Assembly: GCF_006345805.1 (NCBI RefSeq)
Contig: NW_021834717.1
Location: forward strand, 1 to 26,618
DNA: 26,618 bases
Reading direction: 5' to 3'
From: Octopus sinensis
Taxonomy: Eukaryota
The stretch's first letter is position 1, and each line of letters opens with the position of its first letter. Positions 11,742-22,078 of the stretch are shown in pieces. A program made the translations under genes and the position numbers. The notes beneath the pieces are model-generated. The model had not been told where the DNA came from and did not search any database. It worked only from the letters and a program-made list of their open reading frames with translations.

Positions 11742-11816
11742 GTATGTATATATGTATATTATTTATATTAAGAGCATTACTATACATAAACGGTAAACAA
11801 AGCAATTCATTCATCC

Positions 11817-11881
<65 letters not shown>

Positions 11882-11920
11882 TATAGGTATATTATTATAT
11901 AAGAGCATTACTATACATAA
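11617..11920 (+). repeat. Local tandem duplication (units 11617-11788 and 11789-11920), each containing a (TA)n tract
   Basis: AACGGTAAACAAAGC...TTCATTCATCCATTTATATA and AAGAGCATTACTATACATAA each occur twice. Confidence 0.85.
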
Positions 11921-12552
11921 ATGCCTCATGCTAGGAGGGACTCTTAATGTCAAAACTACTATAATAAACACATTGAATCGAACGCAAGGGAATGCAACTC
12001 TCGAAGCAAGCTTTTTAAAAACAGATTCAGCTGCAGATCATATGATTTCATAATTAGTGCAGAAAAGGCACTTTTTAATCGTCAGTGCATGTATAATCAA
12101 GACACATAAAAATGAACAAAAAATTCAACATACCAGACCAACAACAAATGTATCCAGCATAGTACATATAATTGTTCACACTTGTATATCTATCTAATAG
12201 GCAGGCTTTTCGAATTGCATCTCGGTACTCGTGTTAATTCAGAATAAAATTCAGCTCTGAATATATTCCGGTTAAATTTACAATTTAAAGATGGGATTAA
12301 ATCTTTATAAGATGTTATCAAGTATTTAGCTTGAAAAGAGTCACAAGCGAAAAATTTATTAATTATTCCCTTTAAATATATGTATTATATTTAGGGCATT
12401 ATTATATATAAATGCCTCACGCCAGGAGTGACTCTTAAAGTCAAAACTACCATAATAAACACATTGTACCAAAAGCGAGAGAATGCAACTCTCGAAAGAT
12501 TTAGCGGCAGTTCATATGATTTCATAATTAGTGCACAAAATGCACTTTTTAA
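11905..12552 (+). repeat. Diverged direct repeat pair, 11905-12078 and 12396-12552
   Basis: Shared AAATGCCTCA..., GACTCTTAA.GTCAAAACTAC.ATAATAAACACATTG, GAATGCAACTCTCGAA and CATATGATTTCATAATTAGTGCA; a gap of about 17 bp in copy 2. Confidence 0.85.
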
Positions 12553-12564
12553 AAGGGAATAGTC

Positions 12565-12818
12565 ATGGAAGATCATTGTGGAACAATCCAGGAAATTATT
12601 TACGAAGTGGAAATAAGCACAGACAAGAGCAGTGGATTCCATTTTAAAGGGAGGATTTGTGCACACAGGGTGTGTCTGCGAAATTCACCCCCAAGGTGTT
12701 AGCGGAGCAGTATTAGCAACTCCGCATGAAAATTGTTCAGAACATACTGGACTGTGCGAACTACGACCCAGACGTCATGAAGGCAACCATCACTGGTGAT
12801 GAGAAATGGTTTTATGGT
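12565..12818 (+). pseudogene. mariner (Tc1/mariner) transposase relic, with frameshifts and one stop
   Basis: From 12651: EDLCTQGVSAKFTPKVLAEQY*QLRMKIVQNILDCANYDPDVMKATITGDEKWFYG. ITGDEKW carries the first catalytic Asp and SAKFTPKVL is the WVPHEL-equivalent linker. The upstream TIQEIIYEVEIS resembles the helix-turn-helix. Confidence 0.85.
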
Positions 12819-13086
12819 CTCTGCTCGTTGGGTTCGGCCATCTTGCGTGAAAACAAAAATCTTATGAACGTCTGTATTCTTGGAGTAACTGAAGGAAACT
12901 GACGCGGCCCTTCCCAAACAAAGGATTTTACCCATACAGCATTACTTTTTGGCAGGAAAAAGATAAAATCAGATACCTTTTGAATACACAGAAATACACG
13001 CACATATGTGTTCATAGAGGCACGTCTGTGTGTTTATGTATACAAACACATGATTTCGTCGCTTGATAACAATGAGATAATTGCGT

Positions 13087-13129
<43 letters not shown>

Positions 13130-13433
13130 GTGCGAGTGGAATGTTCGTTTGTGTATTTGGTTAGTTAGCTGGTCGGTTGGTCGGTTGGCTAGTTGCTGAT
13201 TGAAAAACCGAATGACTGGAGCAGGGAGAAGTTACAGAATACCTTTTCAAAGTCTGTTGAAATAGTAGTAGTAGTAGTAGTGTTGGTAAATGTAGTTTTA
13301 GTAGTAGAAAATGGAAAAAAAAGGTGGAGAGAAAAGAAATAAGGAGTAGATGAGGGAAGAGAGAAAAATGGTCGAAGTAGGGGAGGGATAAGAAGAGAAA
13401 GAAAGAAAAGAAGTAGTAGTCGACGAAGAAGGG

Positions 13434-13549
13434 GCAGCAGCAGCAGCAGAAGAAGAAGAAGAAGAAGAAGAAGAAGAAGAAGAAGAAGAAGAAGAAGAAG
13501 AAGAAGAAGAAGAAGAAGAAGAAGAAGAAGAAGAAGAAGAAGAAGAAGA
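13434..13549. repeat. (GCA)n(GAA)n microsatellite
   Basis: Read directly; explains the poly-F and poly-S ORFs. Confidence 0.97.
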
Positions 13550-13930
13550 CAACAAACCCCAATAACTGAAACAATTTCCTTTGTGAAATTGTGAATTTCC
13601 TTCCAATTTAAATGAGACGCGGCTTTTGGTGAAATCCCTTTTGGCTTCTAGAATGGTGATGATGTTTGCCCTCGCAGAGAATATTGGCAATTTTGTGGCG
13701 CACTTTGTTGTTGGTAGTATGGGTGATAGTATGGCAGTGTTGGTGGTAGTGGTGTTGTTTATGATGGTTGCAGTGATGGTAGGATGGTGGTGGTGGTGGT
13801 TATGTTAGTGATGAATAAGGAAAATGAATATACGTCTATATTTATCGTCGTCGTGGCTATCTCTTGCAGTCAAGAATGATTGCCTCCTGCCTCCCTTGTC
13901 CTTTGAATCTATGTAGCCATGAAAGGATTA

Positions 13931-13993
<63 letters not shown>

Positions 13994-13995
<2 letters not shown>

Positions 13996-14127
13996 CTCTC
14001 CTTTTACGATCCCTTTTGATCGAAACTCCCCCTTCCCCCCCTTTTTTTTTCTAACCCTTCAAAAGAAAAGCTCTACCTTGTAATTTGTTCTATCTGTGTG
14101 CAGCCCTGTGTGGCTAATAAAGAAACA
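13994..14127 (+). mobile_element. Short 3'-end copy of the Tx1/L1-type LINE
   Basis: CTCTCCTTTTACGATCCCTTTTGATCG...TTGTAATTTGTTCTATCTGTGTGCAGCCCTGTGTGGCTAATAAAGAAA, nearly identical to the end of 14321-15136. Confidence 0.9.
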
Positions 14128-14135
14128 TATCTATG

Positions 14136-14190
<55 letters not shown>

Positions 14191-14191
14191 G

Positions 14192-14242
<51 letters not shown>

Positions 14243-14243
14243 A

Positions 14244-14320
<77 letters not shown>

Positions 14321-14321
<1 letters not shown>

Positions 14322-15136
14322 CTGCACGCAATCGTGCAGTGTCCAGCAATTTCCCACCTGTGGGCTTATGTCGAACGACTGCTGTCACGTGTTGGACGTG
14401 TCGGTTTATCAGCCGAGTCTATCGTTAATATCGTCACGCCTCCTTCGTTCAAACGGGAAGGAAGAGCTATTTTTATCATACTTGTGGCTATGGCGAAAGA
14501 ATGTATCTGGTGGACGCGTCTGAAAGGATTAGAGACAAACACTTTCCTCTCTGGTCAATCTCTCATCAACTTCTTCAAGTATCACTTGAAGAAAAAAGTG
14601 AGAGTAGAGAGGCAAGTTTTGTCTAGTGAATGTTTTAAAAAAAGATGGGTGAATGTAGCAAGGATGGCACGTATGAATGACGAAGCCACCTTGACTATGA
14701 TTCTATGAACCGTAAAAATTAATACAGAGAGTTGCTTACTTGCAAAAAAAAAAAAAAAAAAAGAAATATAACATGTGACTTCATTGACCGAGGTTACCGT
14801 GGTCTTTTCCGTAGGCTTTTCTTTCCACGGGTAAACCTCACCTGTCCCCCCCTTTACACTTCATATTGACATTTCTGTGATAACGATCCCTATTGATCAA
14901 TTTTTTCCTCTCCCCCTTTTTTTTTTTAACCCCCCCTTTTTTTTTGTCCTCTTTCTCTCCTTTTACGATCCCTTTTGATCGACACCCCCTTTTTTATTTT
15001 ATTTTTATTTTATTTTTTTTTCTTCTTCTTTTTTTTTTTTTTATTTTATTTTTATTTTTTTTAAACCTTCAAAGAAAAGCTCTCCTTGTAATTTGTTCTA
15101 TCTGTGTGCAGCCCTGTGTGGCTAATAAAAAGAAAA
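14321..15136 (+). mobile_element. 5'-truncated Tx1/L1-clade non-LTR retrotransposon (ORF2 C-terminus plus 3' UTR)
   Basis: Coding remnant, 3' UTR with hairpins and pyrimidine tracts, AATAAA followed by a short A tail; both ends lie in (TATC)n. Confidence 0.82.
14322..14708 (+). pseudogene. C-terminal 128 aa of a Tx1/L1-type ORF2, downstream half of the CCHC zinc-binding region
   Basis: LHAIVQCPAISHLWAYVERLL...ILVAMAKECIWWTRLKG...CFKKRWVNV: the HxxxxCxxxxxLW and AKxxIWxxR patterns typical of L1/Tx1 ORF2 C-termini. The frame is open to the stop. Confidence 0.8.
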
Positions 15137-15192
15137 TATCTATCTATCTATCTTCTATATATTATCTATCTATCTATCTATCTCTATCTATC

Positions 15193-15230
<38 letters not shown>

Positions 15231-15830
15231 ATCATCTATCCATGTATACATGTGTATAAATATGTAGCCAATATCTAGATAAGTAATCTCTACAAAACTT
15301 AAATCCACAAACACGTTCTCTTTTACTAGAAAGGGCAACTCAGAATAATGAGACTAACAAACAAGCATAACAAATATGTATTGCCATCATCAGCTGCCGA
15401 ACGGATATCACTATGGTTTCGACACCTGGACAGTACCATTGAATCCGGTAGTGTGATATGTGTCAAAAACACAAACGCTGTCTGAAGGCAAAAATAATCA
15501 GCAGGAATGAATCATTACCTTTGTATGTTCGTTATACCAACACCTGCGTATTACTTCAAGCAACGTAATAAAGTAAACAACTAGAATTAACTTATAGTTG
15601 CAAACCAGTACCTACTCCCAAAAAGGACATTGTGATTCTAAAATTATTATTCAAAGGAATACGCGTACTAAACATAATAAGCAAACAGAAAACTATTCAA
15701 CCTCCAGTACTCGACATGATAAGATCAACCCAAGGAACAGTAAATCAGGAATTAAAACATATAGATTATGCAACGAATATAGAGTGTTAGGTTGGATACC
15801 CAAAACAAAGGAAAACTACTAAAAGCTAAC

Positions 15831-16468
15831 AGGCGCAGCTGTATGGTAAGAAGCTTGCTTCCCAACCACATGGTTCCGGGCTTAGTCCCACTGTGTGGCA
15901 CCTTGGGCAAGTATCTTCTACTGTAGCCTCGGATCAACCAAGTCCTTGTGAGTGGATTTAGTAGATGGGAACTGAAATAAGCCCATCGAATGCATACATG
16001 CATACATACATACATACATACATGCATACATACATACATACATACGTACATGCATACATACATACATACATACATGCATACATACATACATACATACATA
16101 CATACGTACATGCCTACATACATACATACATACATACATACATACATACATACATACATACTACATACATGCATACATACATACATACATACATACATAC
16201 ATACATGCATACATACATGCATACATACATACATACATATGTGTGTGTGTTTGTGTCTGTGTTTGTTCCTCGCCACCGATCGACAACCGGTGTCGGTGTG
16301 CTAACGTCCCCGTAATTTAGCGATTCGGCGAAACAGACCGATAGAACAAATACTAGTCTTAAAAAGGAAATAAGTCCTCGAGTCGATTCATTCGACTAAA
16401 AATTCCTCAAGGCGGTGCCCCAGCATGGCCGCAGTCGAATGACTGAAACAAGTAAAAGATATAAAAAA
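15831..16468 (+). mobile_element. tRNA-derived SINE family B, full length, with expanded internal (CATA)n
   Basis: Head AGGCGCAGCTGTATGGTAAGAAGCTTGCTTCCCAACCACATGGTTCCGGG; about 270 bp of microsatellite; tail GGCGGTGCCCCAGCATGGCCGCAGTCGAATGACTGAAACAAGTAAAAG. Confidence 0.88.
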
Positions 16469-16633
16469 TGCAAGATAACAGCATAACCAATAACCGACGT
16501 ATTCGAAGAATGTACAAAGAAAATATCAAGCATAGGCCATATATGTTCAATATCCTCAAATAAATTAACCGAATAGATTGCTAATTAAAAGTAAAAAATA
16601 ACAAAATAAAAATAAAATGGAATTAGTATTGAT

Positions 16634-16691
<58 letters not shown>

Positions 16692-16839
16692 CAAAAGCAA
16701 TAAGATTCAAGTTAATTTAAATGAATTTACTTGAATATGGTACCTAACTTAGATGCACCAAAAAAAACACTATACTGTTTTAACAATACAGTAATGTGGG
16801 GTGATTAAAGCGAGAAAGAAGCAACAAGAATGGATAGGT

Positions 16840-16931
16840 TTTTAGTACAATCGTTTCAATACAAGGACAGGCTTTATTAAAAGTTGTAAAAATTACAGCA
16901 TATAAACGTGTCCCGTACTCATCAGCTAAAA
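16840..16931 (-). ncRNA. Type I hammerhead ribozyme in the sense 3' pLTR
   Basis: Reverse complement: TTTTAG-CTGATGA-GTACGGGACA...TGTCCTTGTAT(T)-GAAA-CGATTGTA-CTAAAA, with one extra T before GAAA. Confidence 0.75.
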
Positions 16932-18377
16932 TACATGTGAGTTCTCTAGACATCCTAGTGGTTGAGGCTATACTCATGAAGTAATGTAGATAATTAGTAA
17001 CATAAACAGATTTCCAAAGTTCATTAAAGTTCTTTAAAGATGATGTACAGTCTTATCACAGAATTTTAAAAAAGTTCTAATAGCATCACAGAGAAGGTGA
17101 CCTAATCAATAGAGCACATATGAATTTCCAGAGATATGATGAGGGATTACATACTCACACAGAAGACAAATTTATCCATTGTTAATCACAACGAGGTGGG
17201 TCTCAATTCCTGCTTATTAGCATTACAGAGAGGGTGAATTAATCCTTTGTATAGATGCACAATTTCCATGGTGTAGATGTAAGTTTCCCGAGAAATGAAG
17301 AGGAATTTCATATTCACAGGCGATAAATTATCAATGGTTGAACACAATGAGGTAGGTATCAAAACTTGTTATATGATTAGGTATTTGCTGCATTAATCAC
17401 ATTACTGCTATTTACAAGAGGCTGTAGCTATTAACTTTTAAAAGCTAAAGGCTGAAGGGCTTTCTAGAGGGCAAGAATAGAAAGGAAGGGAATAGAAGAA
17501 AAGAGAGAAAATAAAGGAGGAGGGAGCAAAAAGGGGGGGGGGAAAGGGGACTAAAAGAGAGAGAAAGGAAAAGAGATAAGAAGAAGAAACAAAAAAGAGA
17601 AAGAGAAAGAAATGGGAAAGAAGGGAAAAATAAAAATAAAAAAGAGGGTTCTAGTTATACAGACGAATTAGTAGACGGCAAGTCTGGTTTTAATTTACAG
17701 GCATCTAGGAACTAGAGAGAATATTATTCTTGGCCAGTAAAACAGCTAATTTATTGCTGTTGAAATCAGCTATGAATTTAAAGAGAATCTAAAGAATAAC
17801 ACAGTCAGGGGTTTAGGGGTCAGATGCTAAAATCAAAGAAAATACATTAGGAAAATCTAAGTATAATCTTATCAAAAAGTCAATAAAACTTACTTATTTA
17901 ATTTATTCATTTTATTGTCTTAAGGAGTTGCCGTTATTATTCATACATTGACGGACTACAGGTCAAATCTTAGAAGATCATTTACAAGGTGTTAGGGGAT
18001 TGTCTATCATAATGAAGATAATCATATTATCACCGAGGGGGTAGCCTATTTATTTAATTTTGAAATAGAATTATTATGGGGCTTAGTACTCATTTTATTT
18101 TATTAGAGTTATGCTACTTAAATTAGATTAAGTTAGGAATTAAAATTAAAATTACAATTAAAATTAAAATTAAGAATTTAAAAATTATGAGTTTGAAATT
18201 AAATAAAGCCTCAATTAAGCAGTGTATAAGTACTATTCATTTCCCTGTTCTCAAAAAACTGATGCAGATATAAGGAAAAAGATAACTGTAGTGTGAGAAC
18301 TCTTAGTTATCTACTTAAAGCAGTGCTATACTAGTAAAATCAAGTTATATCTATCTATCTAGTTACGGATATTCTAA

Positions 18378-19463
18378 TCATTTAAAATATTTTAAAGTCT
18401 TCAATTTAGCGTGGACACAACTTGACCTAGTTCGATATGATTATTCAATAAGTTACTATGTTTTCTATGCTTTAGAATTTCATACGTCTCCATGGAGCAT
18501 AGTTGGCAACCAACCCTACTATTTTTATACGGAATTGCTCTCCTAACTATTCCCAATTAAGGTATAATTTTTTTTATTATTTTTGAGTTCCCAAATTTTG
18601 TTTGAAAAGTGTGGTGGTACCAGCTTTATGACGTAATTTAAAAGACGAGATGTGATTTCTAACTCTGGCTAGAAAATTAATGTACATCCAACGTAAAGAT
18701 ATTTGTTATTCTCCGTGGATATGGTACATTTATAGATACATTATTTTCCCCACATAGACCAGGTTGCCGGGCATTTGATTTTATTCTACACTTACACACA
18801 GGAGGAGCAACTTCAGGCTTTGGATTATTCTTGGGTAGATGTCTTAGGTTCCTATTATTTTGATTATCATTTCTATAGTTGGTGCTGATATCTAAAGTAT
18901 TGCTATTATTTATTGATCCTTCAGCTTCATTATTTAGGTTTAAAGTCCTACCATGATTTCTTATATTATTGGTAATGTTACTATTATTGTTAGTCTTTTT
19001 ATCAGACTGCATATTGCTGTTATAAATATCACTGATATTTTCATTCTCCTTATTTTCTCCATTAGCCTTATATCTATTATTTCTATTATTAACATTATTA
19101 CTTCTATTAATATCGGCATTGTTATTATTACTATTAATGTTAATGTTATTAGTCATTCTGTGGTTACTAATTTCACCTATGTTTTGATAGTTACATTGTT
19201 GTTTTTATTGTTGGTAGCATTATTATAATTGCTATTGGTATTCATGCTGATATTATTATTTTTATTTCTATCTTTCCTGGCTAGTTTAATGTTTTTATTA
19301 TTAATCTTAGCTATTAAAGTGGACATATTTGGGAGGGTTGAATAAGAAATCCTAACTGTTTTCCTAGATATAATTCTATGATATCTATGAGAGATAGGGA
19401 AATTTTTTTCCAGAATTACTTTGAATTTGTTCTGTATATCCGATTGTATCGCACAGTTGAAAG
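18378..19463 (-). pseudogene. PLE ORF 3' part: RT thumb/linker, Asn-rich tract and GIY-YIG endonuclease, broken by 1-nt frameshifts
   Basis: PFNCAIQSDIQNKFKVILEKNFPISHRYHRIISRKTVRISYSTLPNMSTLIAKINNKNI, then an N-rich tract, then CKCRIKSN..QPGLCGENNV/YKCTISTENNKYLYVGCT...RVRNHISSFK...KIWELK...W.IVRRAIPYKNSRVGCQLCSMETYEI...CVHAKLKTLKYFK*. Confidence 0.85.
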
Positions 19464-19548
19464 GGAAATCTGTTTATGTTACTTAATTATCTACATTACT
19501 TCATGAGTATAGCCTCAACCACTAGGATGTCTAGAGAACTCACATGTA

Positions 19549-19639
19549 TTTTAGCTGATGAGTACGGGACACGTTTATATGCTGTAATTTTTACAACTTT
19601 TAATAAAGCCTGTCCTTGTATGAAACGATTGTACTAAAA
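19549..19639 (+). ncRNA. Type I hammerhead ribozyme in the inverted 5' pLTR copy
   Basis: Stem I TTTTAG(19549-54)/CTAAAA(19634-39); CTGATGA 19555-61; stem II GTACGGGACA/TGTCCTTGTAT; GAAA 19622-25; AC-GATT-GT; GUA triplet 19631-33. Confidence 0.85.
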
Positions 19640-19672
19640 ACCTATCCATTCTTGTTGCTTCTTTCTCGCGTA

Positions 19673-19703
<31 letters not shown>

Positions 19704-20245
19704 ATAATATATACACATAAATAATGAAGGCAAAACAAAAAGTAACTAAATAAAGCAAATAACTAATAAACTGTCCTAACTACAAAGAGACTTGATAATC
19801 AGTTATTAATTAAACGGTAAACATGTTCGCTACCTGGGAACAACTCAAACTACATCTATATTATAGAATAAACAAATACACAACGAATTTAAACCAACGT
19901 CTACAACTAGGAACTAGAAACGTTTAAAACTTTTAAAACAAATATATTCTAACGAAACTATTCTACACATAAGAAAGCGCCACGTGCTGAGGAGAAATTA
20001 ACGGAAAACCATTTTTATGTATTTAACATATCGCTGCCAAAGATTAGATGATCGTTATCTGTCATCAGGCGTCGGAAGTGTCATTGTACTCTATAGTGAA
20101 TAACAACCACCCAGCGTATATATTTAATACATATACACACATATATATATATAACGGGAAGCTTTATGAAAATAAACAAAACGAGGCAGGTGAAAACAAA
20201 CGAACAATTGTATTAGTATGGCGCTCAGAAATATAATAAAACAAG

Positions 20246-20284
20246 TCTTTAACGTTTCGAGCCTACGCTCTTCAAGCAGAAAGA
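20246..20284 (-). ncRNA. Degenerate minimal type I hammerhead motif
   Basis: Reverse complement: TCTTT-CTGCTTGA(core damaged)-A-GAGC-GTAG-GCTC-GAAA-CGTT-AAAGA. Stems I and II are perfect. Confidence 0.65.
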
Positions 20285-21105
20285 TACACAGAGAGAGAAA
20301 ACACAGAAAGAAGGAGAGAAAAAAATGCGTGCAGTAGCTAACGAATCAACATGGCGATCTGATTTCGGCCAGAGGTCAAAGATCAAAACAGAGACGCGAG
20401 AGCGAAATAAGGGGATATAATAGGGTTGATAAATGGGTTGAGGGACCAGCTAAAAGTGCGTGGGAGGGGTCTGGATGTGTGTGTGTATAGGGTTGGTGTA
20501 TGTATTAGTATGTATAAGGGGGTGTGGTGTGGTGTGTGGGTGTAGAATATTAGTGCGTAAGATTGGTCCTGGACGTGCGTATGTATGGGGTTGTGTGTAT
20601 GTATTAGTATGTATTAGTATGTATTAGTACGTATTGGTATGTATAGGTGTGTGTGTGTGTTGTGTGAGAGAGTATAAGTGCGTATGCGGGGTCTGGACGT
20701 GTGTATGTATAGGTTGGTTTAAGTATTAATATACTGGTATGTATTAGTATGTATTAGTTGGTGTGTGTATTAGTATGGCACATCATATGTGATGTGATGT
20801 GTAAAGTCATGTGGTGTAGTGAGGAGAAGAGGGGGAGGGGGAGAGAAGGCGGAGGGAAGAATAGGAGGAGGAGAGGAAGAAGAGGAGGAGGAGAAGGGGG
20901 AAGAGGAGAGGATGGGGGAGAAGGAAGGGGAGGAGGGGGATGAAGGAGGAAAGAGGAGAGAGGGGGAGAGAGGAGGGAGAGCAGAGGGAAAGGGGAAGAG
21001 GGAGGGAGAGAGGGAAGAAAGGGAAGGGGAGTAGGGTGAAAGGATGAAGGACTGAAAAAAGTAGGGGTCGGGGGAGAAGGGATAGGTGAGGAGGGGGGAG
21101 GGGGG

Positions 21106-21339
21106 TTAGATGAGGAGGGGGGGAGATTTGAGACCAAATGGGCGTATAAAGCGAAGAGAGAAGATTAATAATTCCTGTTCACGGCGCAAACGGGAATCCT
21201 GATGGCCTCTGTGTAAGGACAAACCGAACACAGATAGGTGTTGCAAGTGAGTGACCGTGGAGCGGAAATGGCGTGAGAACCGTGTGTCGTTCGCAAGGTG
21301 GATGTCACGAGGTGGTTCCGCGAACCGGTCAGCCAAGCG
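21106..21339 (-). pseudogene. C-terminal half of a Penelope-type GIY-YIG endonuclease
   Basis: RLADRFAEPPRDIHLANDTRFSRHFRS...LQHLSVFGLSLHRGHQDSRLRREQELLIFSL..IRPFGLKS matches the PLE pattern RLxxRFxEH.RDI...V..HF...H...L.V.GL...R...EQ.LIF.L....P.GLN. Confidence 0.85.
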
Positions 21340-21622
21340 ACATATATATATACATACACACATACACATATATATGCCATATATACCGATATGCACATAT
21401 ATATATTATGCAGACATGTGTAGAAGTGAACTTAATATATACAGTGAATATGTTTTCCTTAATATCCACCACAACTGCTACCAGCCCATCCACCACCACT
21501 ACCACCGCTACTCCCACCACCACCGCCAATTTAAGCACTATCGTCTCGAACATTTCTTTAGATCTCAAGATAAGTATTACTCCCATAAAACCAAAATGAG
21601 GAGGCTGTATATTTATTCGTAG

Positions 21623-21698
21623 GAATTCCAGATCATCCCAGCATTTTAATAAGTCGAATTATAAGGAGGATCTCCTATTTATGCTCAAATTTGAGGAG
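21623..21698 (+). CDS. Candidate internal coding exon 1 of an unidentified gene (NSRSSQHFNKSNYKEDLLFMLKFEE)
   Basis: TTTATTCGTAG|G acceptor and GAG|GTATTT donor; open frame, phase 2 to 0. No homology recognised. Confidence 0.35.
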
Positions 21699-21852
21699 GT
21701 ATTTTCCATGGATTTGTGGCCCATTACAATGAGCACATGTAAATACCATAACGCCTTTTAATATGCATGATGTTAGTGTTAGTTATTAGTGTCTAGAAAA
21801 CATTGCACACAATATGAGAAAAATTCATACATCTATGCGACTTCTATTGCAG

Positions 21853-21928
21853 TCACTCTTGAAACGTCTGAAATCAATCCATCTGTTCCCCGAGGGATTA
21901 TATAATTTCAAGGCTGTGGTTTATAAAG
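21853..21928 (+). CDS. Candidate exon 2 (SLLKRLKSIHLFPEGLYNFKAVVYK)
   Basis: CTTCTATTGCAG| acceptor and AAG|GTGAGA donor; only one frame is open, phase 0 to 1. Confidence 0.4.
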
Positions 21929-22030
21929 GTGAGACTCATTCTCCTTAAAGGTATGTACGAAGACCATGGTAACGATTCACAACCAACAACAACTTCAATT
22001 CAAAGTTATTCAACATATACGGTTTATCAG

Positions 22031-22078
22031 ATCACATAACCAGAAATCTACTCCGTTCTGTCCCCCATTTCGTCTTAG
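22031..22078 (+). CDS. Candidate exon 3 (DHITRNLLRSVPHFVL)
   Basis: TTTATCAG| acceptor and TAG|GTAAGT donor; phase 1 to 1. Confidence 0.38.

Larger units (their letters stand above)
13931..15240. repeat. (TATC)n array split into three tracts (13931-13993, 14128-14320, 15137-15240) by two LINE insertions
   Basis: Read directly. Confidence 0.92.
16689..19669 (-). mobile_element. 5'-truncated Penelope-like element (probably Naiad-type) with an inverted 5' pLTR copy
   Basis: 16810-17015 and 19464-19669 are 206-bp inverted repeats differing by two 1-nt indels. RT-thumb linker and GIY-YIG remnants lie between them, there is an HHR in each arm, and (TA)n flanks both ends. The left boundary is inferred. 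Confidence 0.85.
20154..21340 (-). mobile_element. 5'-truncated Penelope-like element (second family): GIY-YIG C-terminus, pyrimidine-rich 3' UTR and pLTR
   Basis: Endonuclease remnant at 21106-21339, HHR-like motif at 20246-20284, and TA-rich tracts on both sides. Confidence 0.82.

Noticed and set aside
14133-14708. 191-aa host gene
   Set aside because: The N-terminal 63 aa are (TATC)n and the rest is LINE ORF2.
15370-15500. Candidate exons on either strand and CTGATGA at about 15390 (minus)
   Set aside because: Only short open frames with weak donors; no GAAA or closing stems for a hammerhead.
18677-19156. Stand-alone Asn-rich host protein
   Set aside because: It is an internal segment of the frameshifted PLE ORF.
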